A stretch of 64,000 nucleotides of DNA from the human T2T-CHM13v2.0 reference genome, Homo sapiens (GCF_009914755.1 NC_060931.1); one strand, 5' to 3'. Shown: positions 27,151 through 42,075, counted from the first letter of the stretch. The notes: generated from the letters alone by a model not told the origin. Numbers and translations are program-made.

Positions 27151-30097
27151 TCCCTCCTCTTGTAGCCACAAAGTTTTAACTAAGCTGATATGTTTGTTAC
27201 ATTCTGCTCATGTCTTTTCCAGGAGAACTCCATCTAGAACAAAATGTGCATTCAGCAAGGTATAATTGTGTATGTTTTTATTGTCAGTTTTAGTCATATC
27301 TGTCATTTTTTATTTTCCAACATGAAAAGAGAGGTTTAGGGTAGTCACATTGGAAAACAAAGAAAATAAGATTAAAATTCCCTCAAATCAACTTTGGAGC
27401 CCTAAAATATTAATGCCTTGACGGCTTACTCACAATCACAAAAGGCTGTGAGCCAACATTCAGCTTTGTATTGCAGAGGTGATGAGAACATATTTTCATT
27501 GCTAGAAAAAAAATTAAGCTATACAGACAGAAATGGGACATGGGAGCCAAATTCCACAAGAACACCCTCGAGTTTAAGGGTTTTTCCCCCATCTTTTGAC
27601 AATATTTAGAAAACCAAAGACTATAAACTTTTAAAAGGAATCTTGGATGACTTACAGAAATAGTAAGGTCACCAAAACACTTTGTAGATATTGAATTTTT
27701 ATAAAAGTATTTAAGTTGATTAATATTATTCTCAGAGGTAGCATAAACTTAAGGATCATAAATGCTTACTAAAAGTGAACATATTGGGACTAGTTGCCAA
27801 CTGCTGCCTAATCAACCCAACTGGTCCAATCCTGCATTTTCAGTGAATTGACTTAAATCCTACTCATATGAAATAAATCAGTGGTCGGAGATAGCAAATC
27901 TGCCAATAGGTTACTCTCAGCTGTCTTAATTAGTGTTTCCTACATTTTTCCAGTTTCTGGTACACCTTTGAACTGCCAGATTACACCTGGCAGATTACAG
28001 CTGATGGAGGATCTATTTGCCCTTTATTTAGTTATATCATAATTCATGTATAAGAATATGTATTATGAGCTCACTATTAGTAGGGTACATGCATGCTGTT
28101 TTTCAAAGAGTCAATATCCTCCTGCCTAGCACCCTGGGACAAGAGTGTCCCCTGTGTGATGGCTCCCTGGGGAGAGAGCTACAACAACCATTGAACTGGC
28201 CATCAGAGGATCAAACCATTGACTTTATCTTTAGGGTTTCTCCCATGATAGCTGAAGATCTTCTCTTTCTCTGCACCCACATGAGTGTGGGCCAATTTTT
28301 GAAACGGCAGCAGTTTCATAAAACCCAAAGTTTACCTGTGAGGCCTGCTCAAGCCTTCATTCTGTGCTCAGCCTTTGCATTCTCAGTCTGAGAATGCCTC
28401 CCATCCTCTTTTAGCTGACGATGCAGCAGCTAGGTGTGTGGGAGTTAGCCTCTTGGCAACTCCTGGGCCATGGAGGAATGGCCAACCACCCAAGTTGCCT
28501 ACAGATTTTCCCAAGCACATGTCTATCAACATGTGCTGTCAGCCAGGCAAATTGTTTCATTGGTCTTGGATGCTTTTCCATTCACTCTGTACTGATTGAA
28601 AATTAATCCATAATTCAAGGTTCAGCTCATATACCTCCACCACTTCCTTATTGCCCCAGTGAGAATAAATGGTTCTCCTTTTGGGTTGCCACAGCACAAA
28701 CCTCCGTGTATTATATCTGACCAATAGGGTTTACTACTCTCATCTCCCTACTTCATTAAAAGGCAAGAACAATTTTTATTGATCCTTGTATATCCTGCCC
28801 TCAATTCTAGTGCCGAACACAGCATCAAACACAAAGCAGAGGCTCAACAAATGCTGAATCGAACTGAATTCAATTAATTGAAGAAAGGGTTGTTTACTGA
28901 CACTGTACTAACACTTCTAATATTATCCTGCCTCACTAGGGAGTCTTCACTGGGGGCAGGGGTCTGGAGTACAATCAGAATCAACTGGACAGTTTTCCAA
29001 ACTATACAGGCTAATGGTAGTGGACTGTGTTAAAAAGCTATTCAGGATACTCCGAAATTATCCCTGCTCACATCTCACCAATCCTTATGCTAGTTGAGGA
29101 CCTTCAAAGAACCCTCCCTGTCCAAAATACATCATTCAGAATCTTCTGTTTAGCTCTCTTCATTTTAGTGAAAGTCTCCTAAAACTAGTCCTGGATGTGT
29201 TTTCATCACACTTGAAGTTTAATTAACTGATAACTCAGGCACAATGGAAATACTTAGATAGATGCTCTTAAATTACATTTAAACAAAACTATTTACAAGC
29301 GATCTAGTAAAAATCTGTGTCTTTAATGGGCTATTTTTAATGTTTCCTAAACAAATTATTGTAGGTGGGCCAATTTTCCCTCTTTACTTGTTACTTAGAA
29401 GCCCATTTGGACATGTTCTACCCCGATCTGGTTCTCTCACCCCACTGGCTACAGAATAGTGTGTTTTTGTTTGAAAGGGTCAAAACATTAAGAATGTGAC
29501 ATCCAAAATATGTGCTATTTTTTTTTCCTGGAGTCAAAACCCCTAAAGTATAAATCGTTTTTAAATGAAGAAAGCAGTGCCAAAAGGAATGAAACATATT
29601 TGGTCCTTCTCCAAAACAGAGAGATAGCACTGAAACAGGAAGTGGATGATTTAAATATCCACTCGGCATCTTGGCAACATATTTATGTTTAAGGGACTTA
29701 AGGTTAAAAGGTTTTTGTCTGGCCTGGGAACACTCTATCTTCCCTAGGGTTTGGAGGTTTGGGGAAAACTTTTAACAACTTATCAAATATTTGCAATTAG
29801 CCATTTTTTGGAGAACAAATTGTTACTGAGAATGTCATAGGAAATGTTCCCTATATGCTGCATGCTACCATTACTCTCCTGCTTCTTATGATAATCTCTT
29901 TAGCCACCTAGCTTCATGTGGTAGAAAGTTATTGTTTTATTTTCTATAAAGAAAGAAGAATGTGGTTCGAGTTCTTGTAACTACTTCTCCCAAAGTTGGA
30001 ACTACACAGAATGACTGAATAAGCAGAATGCAAAATTGGGGTTTAATTGATTTTGTGTGTGCTGTTTCCAAGGACCACTTAGTGGCCCCATTCTTAT

Positions 30098-30208
30098 AGC
30101 TAGAAATCGACAATATTGGGAGTGTTTACACAAGGAAGTAGGCCTTCTCCTACTTCCCACCCTTCAGAGATGAGAGACTGCTATTATCCATTTACCAGCA
30201 CACCACTG
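30098..30208 (+). mobile_element. MER63-type terminal fragment
   Basis: Ends catttaccagcacaccactg, similar to the end of the 5710-6121 element. Confidence 0.5.
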
Positions 30209-30235
30209 GAAAGAATAGTTAAAAAAAAAAAAAAT

Positions 30236-31950
30236 GAGCTCAAGGTTTTTGGTCTAAAAGACTGGAATAATGGTGTTTTCATTTACCAAACTTAGGAAGA
30301 ACATACAAGGAGGAACTATGGGAGTGCAAGTCAGTAGTTCAGCTTTGAACATTTTATATTTGTCACAACAATTAGGCATTTGATTGGAATTGTTAAATAA
30401 GCAGTTGGATATACAAGTCTGGGGTTCAGGGAAGAGGTCCTGAATATATTTTTTTGGGAGTCATGCATTTGCATGGTATTTAATGCCAAGAGACAAGACG
30501 AGACCAAGCCAGTGAGTTATTAGATAGAGGAGCTCAGTCCCAGGATAATTTTTAGGGTCTTCCAACATTTAAAGGTCAGAGTAAAGACGAGCAAAGGAGA
30601 CTGAGAAGAGTGGCCAATGGGGCAGAAAGAGAACCAGGAGGGTGAGATGTGCTAGAAGCCAAATGAAGAAAGGACTTCCAAAAGAAGGAAGTGATCAACT
30701 GTGTCAAACGCTCATGTATTAATTAAGATGAGAATTGAGAATTGATCATTGGCTTTGGCAATGCAGAAATATTGATGATCTTGAAAAGCATCAAGGATGG
30801 TAGAGAAAAAGCCTGATTGGCATGGGTTCAACAGAAGATGGGAGGAAAAGAACTCGGAGCAGTGAATAGAGACAACATTTTCAGAATTTTTTTTGAAAGA
30901 GGGGCAGAGGATTGGAATAGGAGCTGGAGAGTTGTATGGGTTTAATGAAGATTTTTTTTCTTTTAGCTTAAGACTAGATATATTTTGACATGCTTGTATG
31001 ATGATGAGAATAATCTAGTAGAAAGAGATCATTGATGATGCATAAGAGAGGTGACAATTGCTAGAGCAATGTCCTTGGGTAGATAAGAGAGCATGAAACC
31101 TAGAGCTAAGTAGGGTTGACCTTCAATAGGAGCATGGACAAATCAGGCATCGTTGCAGGAGTGAAGACAAACTATCCGGATTCAGCTGTAAGTATATTGG
31201 AAAATATGATGGTAGAAGCCTGTGATGCTCTTATCTGATTGCCTCTATTTTCTCAGTTCAATAAGGAAGCAAATTCTTCAACTAAGACTAGGTTAGGGAA
31301 GCAGGAGGTTTGGAGACTTCAAGGCAACAGAGGATGTTTGGACTTGGGAAACAGCAGACTTGCCAGGTAGCACTAAGGACCCAGTTGACATTACTGGTAA
31401 CAAATTTTAAGTAAAAGCACTTAGCTTAGCTGCGTGTTTTCCTCCAGCTGGATTTAGCTTCCTGTCTGCTTGCTACATGGAGAGCAGTGTTTAGAGTGAT
31501 GAATCAGGGGATGTCAGCTGGTAAAGGACGGTGGGTGGCTGAGGCATGTGGGAACACAAGATCATTGGAGGACAGAAGCCCAAGGAACTAAGAGGCCAGG
31601 GTATTAGAATGATCACAGACATGAATGTTGAAATCGCTGAGAATTATGGCAGAAGTAGCATTGGAAAGAGTTAAAACCAGGAGCTAACATCTAGAAATGA
31701 AGGGAAGTAATGCAGGGATCAGGAAATGACTGCAACAAGGAGGGGTAGAGGATAATATTTTCAGGAAGGAATATAGCTGTGGAGCAAGGAGACAATTGCG
31801 TCTACTTCCAGGCTCTGTGATATAAAGGGTATGGAAGCTGTCGGAAGAGCTATAAATCACGAGATGAAGTATAGAGCATGAAGTTGCAGGGAACATTCAA
31901 AGAAGAGTTTGAGATACAGGGTCTTGGCTAATGACTTATCTGGAGTTCCA
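30236..31950 (-). mobile_element. L2 LINE, long diverged antisense fragment(s)
   Basis: aaggtttttggtctaaaagactgg..., gcagttggatatacaagtctgggg, gatcaactgtgtcaaacgct, ttggctttggcaatg. Right boundary uncertain. Confidence 0.7.
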
Positions 31951-32454
31951 GAGAAATCAGAAAGGGGAAAGACATTGGGTCAGAGCAGGAGATGCATAGA
32001 GCCAGTTGGCTGTGGGAGTAGGGGTTCCACAAGGAGCTGGAAGTCCTGGGGGTCTTGCAGAATGTAAGGCATCATGCAGTCAGTCCCAGTGGTCTCTCAT
32101 GAAGAGTGTAGTGGTGAGACTGGGACTGCTGTGGAGGGATTTCCTTCCAAGAACACACAGAATTCTGGGGCTCCCTTTCCCTTTCTACTGAGGTTGATTG
32201 GAGGCTTGGGAAGGAGTTGGTTACTAAGAGCACACAAAGCCCTGGGGACCACCTTCATTCCTCTAACCCTACGGAAGATGCTATTTATTCCATACCTTGT
32301 TTAATGCTTCAGTGCAGCTGGTCCACAAGTGTTTGCTGTATCCAGAAGAAGGTCAGATAAAGAGTGAAGGCACACCCCTGTTGGAAAAGAAGCAACAGTC
32401 TCTCTATGATTGTTGATTCACTGTTTGCCTGTTGACTCCTGGAATTAACACTCA

Positions 32455-32595
32455 ACAGAGTCAAGAAACCTGGGTATTGGTCTTGACTGAGTGTCCTTGG
32501 ATAAATGCCTCCCCCAGTTTGAATTTGAATTTCTTCTCTGTAAAATAAGGGAGCTGGATCACGTGACATCTAGGTTCCTTTCAAGCCCTGAATCT
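32455..32595 (+). mobile_element. MIR/MIR3
   Basis: gagtcaagaaacctgggt...ctgtaaaataagggagctggat...ggttcctttcaagccctg. Confidence 0.55.
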
Positions 32596-34954
32596 GAGTC
32601 TTTAACTGTGGCTTCCTAGATTTTGGGATTGGCCTACATTGGCCCCTGCTTCCTACCCTTTATTCTCAGTTTTGCCGTGGTCTAGCTTTTCATTTCTTAT
32701 GTCAGGAGCGTGGGCCAGCCACAGTACTTTTGACTAGGTTGCTTGCTGTCCCTTAGGTGACTGTGTCCTCATCATGTCCGGACAAGTGATGCCAAGGATT
32801 GCTGCAACTCTAGCTGGCCTTTGGGGATGAAGTGGGTTAGAACCCAACACACACTAATATGGTTGGAATTTAGGCTGTGCATATTGTCTGAGAAGCAACT
32901 ATCAAATTGCTTGTATGTCTGTGACACAAAGAACAAGAAGAGATGAAAGGAGAACATATACTCCATGTTGTCTCTCCGGCTGGTCCTCAAGTTGTAGAAT
33001 TTCTGCCTCTTTTTTCCCCAGTGCTAGTGGGACTTCCCAGTCCCAGTGCCTCCTGGAGAAGTTTCCCGTCATTGTTCTTGGATAAGGAAAACTCTGCTTG
33101 GGGTTTTGGTACATGTCACTCTTGCTTTGTGAATATTTACTAAACATGGTTTTGGCTGTATAGCTCTGATGCACTGTAATGATATCATTCACCTATCTGA
33201 AGTCTCACTGTTTAGAGGGGTGACCCTCTAAACCATTTCTCATGTTTTTTAAGGTTGAAGGAATGTTTAGCTGAGCCTATGAGGTCCTATACCAAAATTT
33301 TACCTATCTTCTGGAAGCTAGCAAGGCCTAGGATTTTTACTAAACTGAAAAATTCAATGAATTAGTGGAACTGAGAAATTTGGTGTTTAGAGAAAATGAA
33401 AATATAGACAGAATACTTACCACCATTTACAAATATACAATATTCTCAAAAGAACCAATTATCAAATAAAACATTTTAAGACATCTATCCTTTGAAAAAC
33501 AAAGCCTATTAATTTTTTAAAAACTATCCTCGAACTGGCATATATCCCCTTTGTAAAATATCAATTCCTTAAGAATCTTTCTTTCAAAATAGCAATTGTG
33601 ATAACCAGGGTCATTCACTTGTGAACTTGTCTTGTCTCCTCTTAACTAGATCCAGAACATTTGTTTTGCTCAGTGCTATCCTGCTTTCACTCAGCCTATC
33701 TAAAGTTTTACTAATTTAGTTCAGTTGTATAACTTCCCTCCAGGAGTAGTCATCTCCAGCTTTAAAATTTTATTTTTCTGGAATCATGCAAGAGTTTGTT
33801 ATGCACAAATATGGACTATAGGCTTTAAAAAAGCCAAATTTTATGTCAAATTGGAATTTATCTCAGTGTCTGATTATATAATGTGATGTTGCAAATCAAT
33901 AGATGTGTCCCTAGCACTGCATCAAGTAAGGATGAGGAACACAGGGGCCATGTCAATCCAAGAGCTTCACAGTTTGTCCATTGGCAGCCATTTATTGAAG
34001 GAAATTGCTAGAGTCTTGGATTTTCCACTTATTAATTTTCACATGCTGGAAAAGGTGCGAATTTGACTAGTTCCATTTAGTCTGCAATTTAAAAGCTACC
34101 CCAAAATATTTGAAAGAGCTTATGACATCATTCTTAGATCATGTGTACATGCTCAGAAACCAAACCTATTCCTGAATAGCCCCTTTCTCTTCAGCCAATT
34201 TAAGCAATCAGTAGACTGTTTTGTATATGCAACATTAACTCATTTGGAAGATTTATGCTTATGCTGTTGCTCTGACTGAGCTGGTCAGAGGATTTTAGAA
34301 GTTTCCAGGCGAATGGGTAAAATGTAGGGAGTAAGCACACTTTGAAGTGAACTGTGCCATCATAGGATCAATGTATTCAAATAGACACTGGAGAAGACAT
34401 TTCCACTGTTTCCCATACTAGTTACATTTCATTGACAATCCCATGGCTTCAATAGGTGAGACTCTACTGTGTCAGAAGGTAGAACAATGAGCTTCAGTCT
34501 TCTTGAACTTCTCTTGTGAAACCTGTTTCCTTCCTGGCTTTATTAAAAAATTATGTCTTCTGTTTTTGGAAAAGTAGCTGTCAGAGGATTAGAGACAATT
34601 CATTGAATTGGATTATTTGTTGTCACAAATATTATAATAGTATTGTAGAGCACAGACCAACGGAGAGCTGTTCCCATTTGCTAGGATGTTGTTACTGCTT
34701 CGGTTTTATTTTTATTTAAATTTTTTATCTCTGCTATTCTCCTTTATGGTCAAAATTGTAAAGAGTGCATCTTTGGAGGAATGCAAGGTAGGCAAGCTTG
34801 CTAAGAGCTTCTACAAGACTACCTTAAAAGAAGACTTATATTTAACAAACAGAATCTCAACATATGGACATAGACCCTCTTGAGCTGGTTAGAAAGGACT
34901 TTTTTCTTTATTTGCTCTTTTTGACCACTGACATTTATTTTAATTTTTTTCATT

Positions 34955-35122
34955 TTTAAACATTTTTATTTTGAAATAAAGTAAAAGATTAACAGGAAGT
35001 TACAAAATAGTATAGAAAGGTCCCAGGTACCCAGTTTTCCCCAGTAGTAACATCTTGCATAACTACAGTGCAATACCAAAACCCAGGAAATTGACATTCG
35101 TGTGATTCACAACGTTATTCAG
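34955..35122 (-). mobile_element. Old L1M 3'-end fragment
   Basis: ttttattttgaaata...aggaagttacaaaatagtatagaaaggtccc...aacatcttgcataactacagtgcaataccaaaacccaggaaattgacatt. Confidence 0.7.
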
Positions 35123-37353
35123 GTAAGAAGGTCTTTTTAAAACAAGAAATAATTCATTACAACCACGGGTTTCCTCTAAAAACTGTCCCTTTAACTGAAG
35201 AACACCTGATTGTTTGTTGTTTATTCAGTACTTCTCCACATTTTGCAGAGGCACACAAAATCATTTTTATAAATCCCAACCTATGAAGGACAGAACAAAG
35301 TCATTGTTCTATTTTTCAAAGTATACAAAAGCTAAACGAGAAAAAAATCATCTGGGAAGGCAGAAATCCATTGGTGCAAAGTTTTTAGAAAGCTAAGTGA
35401 AGTAGTAATTATCTTACTCATTCCATTATTGAAGACCTCTTCAAAATTTTATTCATTTACAATAAAATTTCAATAAATTCAATTCCATTCTATTACAATA
35501 AAATTTCCCCATATATTTCTAAAAAGTCACAGTTTTGTGGCAACAAGATTTAGAATTTTCAAACAATACTTTTTGTCACACTTGCCGTCAGCCCATTTTG
35601 TTATAACCTCATCTGTAATAAACCCAAAAGAGTTTACTCTTTTTCTTTATTTCTTGGTTAACTGTTTTTGAGTTTTATATGCACAGATAGCATTCCTTGA
35701 AGAAAGAGGCAAGGTATACATACACACAGTTGGGTTGCTATTTTTTTTCTTACAATGTATTTATACTGTTGTCAATTTAAAGACCAAAATATTCTCAGGA
35801 AAATACAATATTTTACTTTTTAAGCTTCATATTCTATGAGTAATAAATTTAGTTTTGAGGGATAAGATAGCAAACCATAAATATGGAAGCACTCTCTTAA
35901 GGTCAACATTAAATCTGATAATATGTAGAATAGATTTAAGACTATTTCGAAGTTTCAACTAGAGTTTCACCCAGTGTGCTTTCTTCTTAGGTTTTAATGC
36001 TGGTTTACAAAAGGAAAAGTAAATTGCTTTCTGGTAACAAATTATTGCAGAAGATCTTCTACTTAAAGCATAGATGCATTTTTATTTTTCATTTACTTCT
36101 CTGTTTTTGAAGGGTTCAGTGTTTATTTGGCGGAGGTTTATGTCAATTATTTAATCAGAAGCAGGCCCCAGAGTTTGCCAGTGATATTTTGGAATGTAGG
36201 GTCTACTTCAAAGAAAGGTTCCATGTCTCTTGACCCAGATGAAGCCAATTTTTCATAGTGAAGAGCAAGGTAATTCGATTTTCTTTTTCAGAGCAAAAAT
36301 TATTTTTAGACTGAATTTGATGGGTCATATTTCTCTGCTCAGTAAATCTTGCAATTATCACTCCACACTGGAAAATGTAACTCAATGACCCACCATTGCG
36401 CCAGAGCTTCTGTGGGCAGCCGAGCTCCGAGAGGCAGCTGGACATGATGTGAAGTTGGTGTCTATGACATACTGCAAGATGGAAACCAAGCAGTCAACCA
36501 GTGGCAGTAGTTCACATGCCAACATTTTTGTTTATTTGTAATGGAAAACTTTAGGAGGAAAACACAGGAGACTGGGTGCCATGGGTGTGAGGTAGAGATT
36601 TCAATCCTGTTCAGTCACAGGAAAATCCAAATTGGCCACGCTAAACCAGATCCAAAATCCCAGACTAATTTCCTCTCCTCTTTCCTCTGCGAGTGTTTCT
36701 GATTTCACACAAGGCAAGAGCAACTGAGAACAGGGAGCCTGACTAGATGAAGTAAGAACCGTCGTGAGGCCCAGGAGCAAGAAAAAAAGGCCTGGAGTTG
36801 TAGAACATGCTAGAACATGAATGACAGTCTCTGCGGAATTAAGAAGCATTCTCCACTCTATTCCATGGCCTCTTGCTGACCTAACTCCTAGTCTTCCTTC
36901 ACATCTCACCTTAGGATACCACTTCCTAAGGAAAGCTTAACAGACTCAAGTTTGACTTATTACCTTTCTCTGTGCCCTGACAATTCCTGATACCCTCTCC
37001 AGAGCAGGGTTATCACACCACATTGTAATATTTAATATTGACATCCCTACTGGACTGCAAGCCTAATAGAACTTGGGCCATACCGCTCAAGTTTACAATT
37101 GCATGCTTTTTGCTTAGCACTGTGTCTAGCACACAGGAAATGCTTAATATGTATGCGTTGTTTATGTTATCCATGCCTTAATGTTTGGGATGCTCCAGAT
37201 GGCTTAATAAAGTGTTTAACTATCTTTACAACCTCAACCCAGTCCAATGTATTGAAATCATCTCTACCAAGCTTTGGGAAATTCAATCAGCATCTAAGAA
37301 GCCCTTGTAAAAAACATTTTAGTACCCAATGATGACTATACGTAAACCCTCTA

Positions 37354-37544
<191 letters not shown>

Positions 37545-39203
37545 CCCTGGTTTTAAGAAAACAATGAAGATAGCCATGAAAATACACACTGGCCTATAAA
37601 TGTATATGCTAAAAGAGAATGGAAACTGAAATAATGGATCTAATGAAAATCAGGCATGGTTTTGAAATTTTGTTAATGTGCTTCTTTTTTCACCCTTCTA
37701 TTCACTTTAGTTGGATTTTCATGGAAATTCAGATCTAAGAGAGAATTTTGAGTTCATGTCTACACAGATGGTAACCAGAAACTTCTAAGACATATTCTCA
37801 GTGTAATTTTCAGCCCATAATGATGAGGGTGGTCTGTCTACATTGTAAGAAGATTAAACTGACAGATCTATGATCTTGTACGTATAGATGGACAATGACC
37901 TAAAAGCTATGCTTAAAATTGCCCCTGGAGACATTTTACTCCTGAATCTGTTGGTTTCCATGGTAAAATATTCAGTTGTATGTTGTCAAAAAGGTGAAAA
38001 ATAAAATCTAGGAGAAATCTGTCATGGGTAGAAGTTGGTGGAACACATTTAATCCACCAGATAAAATGCTTCCGGTCTAAAAGCTGCTGAAAGATACTTG
38101 AAAGTCTAGATGTTGGGTGATCTTATCCAGACAGCATTATAAGATATACAAAATATTTGAAGTAACGTCATATTACAAGGAGAAAAATCATTTTCACTGT
38201 TCCTGGAAGAAGTCTTTCTGTCTACACTTTACCCACTACAAATGTTGAGATGTTCTGAAGGACTACCTTGCACCTTTAGTAATTAATATCATTTAAAAAT
38301 TAATCTCTTTTAAAATGAGATTTTCCATAAATGCTAGATGCCCAATTTCAAAGGAAAAATCTATGTGATACTCTGACATATTGGTCAAATATTTTATTCT
38401 AGGGGACATGGTGGGTAGCAAGGGGTGGTCGTGGACTGTAGGAAGTGTTGACTTCAAAATATATATTAGCATTTCCATCATTTTAAAAGATTTTTTAAAA
38501 GACTAACAATATAACATATGGACAAAGGGATACATTCCTTAGAAAAATTTTAATGGTAACATGAAACCACAGTAAACAGTGAAGGAGAGGGGGGGAGAAA
38601 AATGATGCAAACTATTTACTTCCCCTTAGAGGCTAGAATGCAGTTGTTTTCTATTAAACTTAGATTACGTTTATGCGTAACTGACTCAATTATAAAATGA
38701 AAGCTAAGCAACTGTTGGAATTTGTGATTACACCATGTAAATGTTACATACCTTGGCAATGTAAAATAATAATATAATTTTTTAAATAGAGAAGAAAGAG
38801 ACTGTAAGAAAAAAAGTAAGTGTACAAATTTCCCTATGCTTTATAGTAGGGATTCAGATAATGTCTAGTGATAATATCTGTAGTTAAAACAACAACAAGC
38901 CCAGTCTTTTAGTTTTTTTCATAATTTTAACTTTTAAAAACCCATATCTCATTGTAAAGAAACATTTATCTTTAGTTCATCAACTTCTATCATTGAAGCT
39001 GTTTCTCTTTGTTAAATTATTGTAAGTAATATTTCTAAATATTAGACTACATTTATAAAACTATTTCTACCTATCCATCTATTTTTATAATTTTAGAGAT
39101 ATCCAGAATTTTGTTCACCAAATGTTAACAATTTATTTCTGAGTGCTAGATATAGGTGATTTTTTTTAATGTTCTTTATACTTTTTTGTGTTTAACTTTT
39201 TAA

Positions 39204-39512
<309 letters not shown>

Positions 39513-42075
39513 AAGAGTCAACAACATTTTAATAAAAGAGATAGATGTTTATAGAGAGAGATAGTTGACTCTCTCTCTCTTCATTTCTATCTATGATTTC
39601 CTTTTTTCTTTCAAAGGTTTAACAATTAATTCTTTAAAGCATTCGTTCAATTGTGGCACACCGACCTCTCCTGTTGGCCAGAAACTTATAGGGGTAAGTC
39701 TCAATAAAACTATTGAGTCTAAAATCACAAAACAGCTGACAGCTTTGTGGCACATCACCCAATTCTTGGAGACAGTGCCAACCCTTGGACAGGTCTATAT
39801 TATCTTGGGCACGAGACTGCTTGCTAAGTTAAGGTTATATATTGAAGAGAAATCAGACATTTTTATTTCTAGAATTTTCTGTTTCATGAGGGACTGCTGG
39901 CTATCTTTTATTTATCTTTTATTTGGGCCAATGCCTAGGCCCAAAAGAGGTTTACCAGATGTGTGAGAAAATGTTATTTCTGCTTTATTTGGTGAATGAT
40001 AATGAGTAAATGGGATGAAGGGAAACTTTCTAGAATTTCTAGAATCATATCTTGTCTGAACAAGATATGAATTGATCAGTTCACTTGTCAAACAAGAAAG
40101 ACATTTGTATCTATCTACAAATTTTATTCTTCAGTTGAATTCAGAATATAGTGATTTTTCATAAGAAACGACAAAATTTAATAAGTTATGCATTTGTTAA
40201 AAAAATACTAACTTGTCTAACATAATCCTGGAATCTCAAACATATTCTGTAGTTGTTTTCTGAGTGAATGCTAACACTCACTGTAAATAAGGCATTGATA
40301 CTTCCTTGTATAAAAATATTTTAAATTTCTAAAACCTCTCATCTTACCATCTCCTTTTCAAACTTCCTCCCCAAATCTTCAGACAACTTATTCTACTTCA
40401 TTTGAAGAGAATTAAGTATGGTTTTCATTCATTGCATTTTTCTATTATATTTCTACACTCTATGTTCTATTTGGCGATATAGTTAGTTGCCTCTATCTCC
40501 CTGGCTAGATCATGTGTTCCTTGAAAGCAGAAACTATGCTTTAATTTATCCCTGCCTCTCCACTGTAACTAGTTTAGTACTTTACATGTAGAAGCTCTGT
40601 ACTCAAGTCAACAATGTGGAATTGCCTTAAGATGAAATTGGTGAATAGGTCTGTAGAAAAATGACTTCTCCGTGGGTCACCCTGCCCACCCCACCTGTCC
40701 CTCCACATGCCCCCTTAAAATGCAAAATTGCTGGAAGCTTGGGGAAGATGTATGCCTCTATATGTACGTACATATCATCTCAAAAGGAAAATTTCTGTAA
40801 TTTTCATCTAAAAGATGCCTATGAGAACAAAGCCAAACAAGTAGCTAAGGCCCGAAGCACTGAATGGGATGAATAAAATATCTCGATATTTACATGGTTC
40901 ATTTTGACCGTACCCACAGGGCAGCAAACATCTGCGTGAAAAGTAAAGAATTCAGCCTGTTAGATGACTGGTTGTGAAGAGCCAAACATTGGGTATCATG
41001 TCATCCACATGTCTGGTTGATTGAATATGAATTGCCCCCTTTTTATCCAGATAGCTTCAGCAATAGATAAAGCATGGAGATTTTTCCACATTTTACATGG
41101 TGCTTGGTGTTGTAGAATTCAGCCTTTGTGTGTTCTTTTCCCCCCGTCTTGCTATTGCCTGGATCTCATTAGGAACCATTAGTGATGTAATACTAAACCT
41201 ATGGAATCTTAAACATGCTTTTAAAATCCTGTGGAATAAAGATGTCTCCTACCAAACCAAAAATGCAGTGGGAATAGACAAAGTTACATTTCTTCAAGAA
41301 AAAATGACTCATTTCATAGTTCCCAAACTGTTTTGACTGAAGCTTCTCAAAATAAACTTTCTGGAATATGGAGCCTTTGATGTCTGACTTTGAAAAAAAT
41401 ATATCATTTCTCAAACATACAATTCAATCCTTTTGGGGTGTTCATGTATTTCTGCAGATTAACTTACTTTTATTTCAACAAGTGAATGACACAATATTAA
41501 ATAGCCATCTGACAAAGAAAGAAAAGTATGTTTGAAGTGGTCTTAACTCCTACATAAACCAAATATAAAGAACATGCCATATGATTTTTTAAATTGCCAC
41601 AAAAATAGAATTTTCAGAACATTACCAGAAGGGGGATTTGGTCCATTAAGAATAACAAAACAGTTTAGATGTCATGAAAGTAGAAGATTAGGAGTGCCAT
41701 TAAGCTTACTAATGAGATTTTTGATTCATATGCTATTTCCTAGGCTAGGCAACATTTTTAATTTTTCACAGTCTTGAACTTTAATCCTTGAAGGGTAATT
41801 CAAGTTTCAGAACTTACATACTGCAATTTGTTTGGGGTGGCAATTTGCCATTGATTTGCCTCTGGGTTCTTTTGTTCTCTTTCAGCTGGGGGACTCAAAG
41901 GTGGTCATTTATTAAGTCCAGGTCTACACATGACCGCTGAAACAACTGGTTTTCAATCAAATCTTCTAAATAATCCAACCATTTTTGTGCAGTTGATCAG
42001 ATTGATTTAAGATATCAATTGCTCTATTCAAACAACAGTGAATGAAATAATTGTATGACTGGACAATCTTTACTT

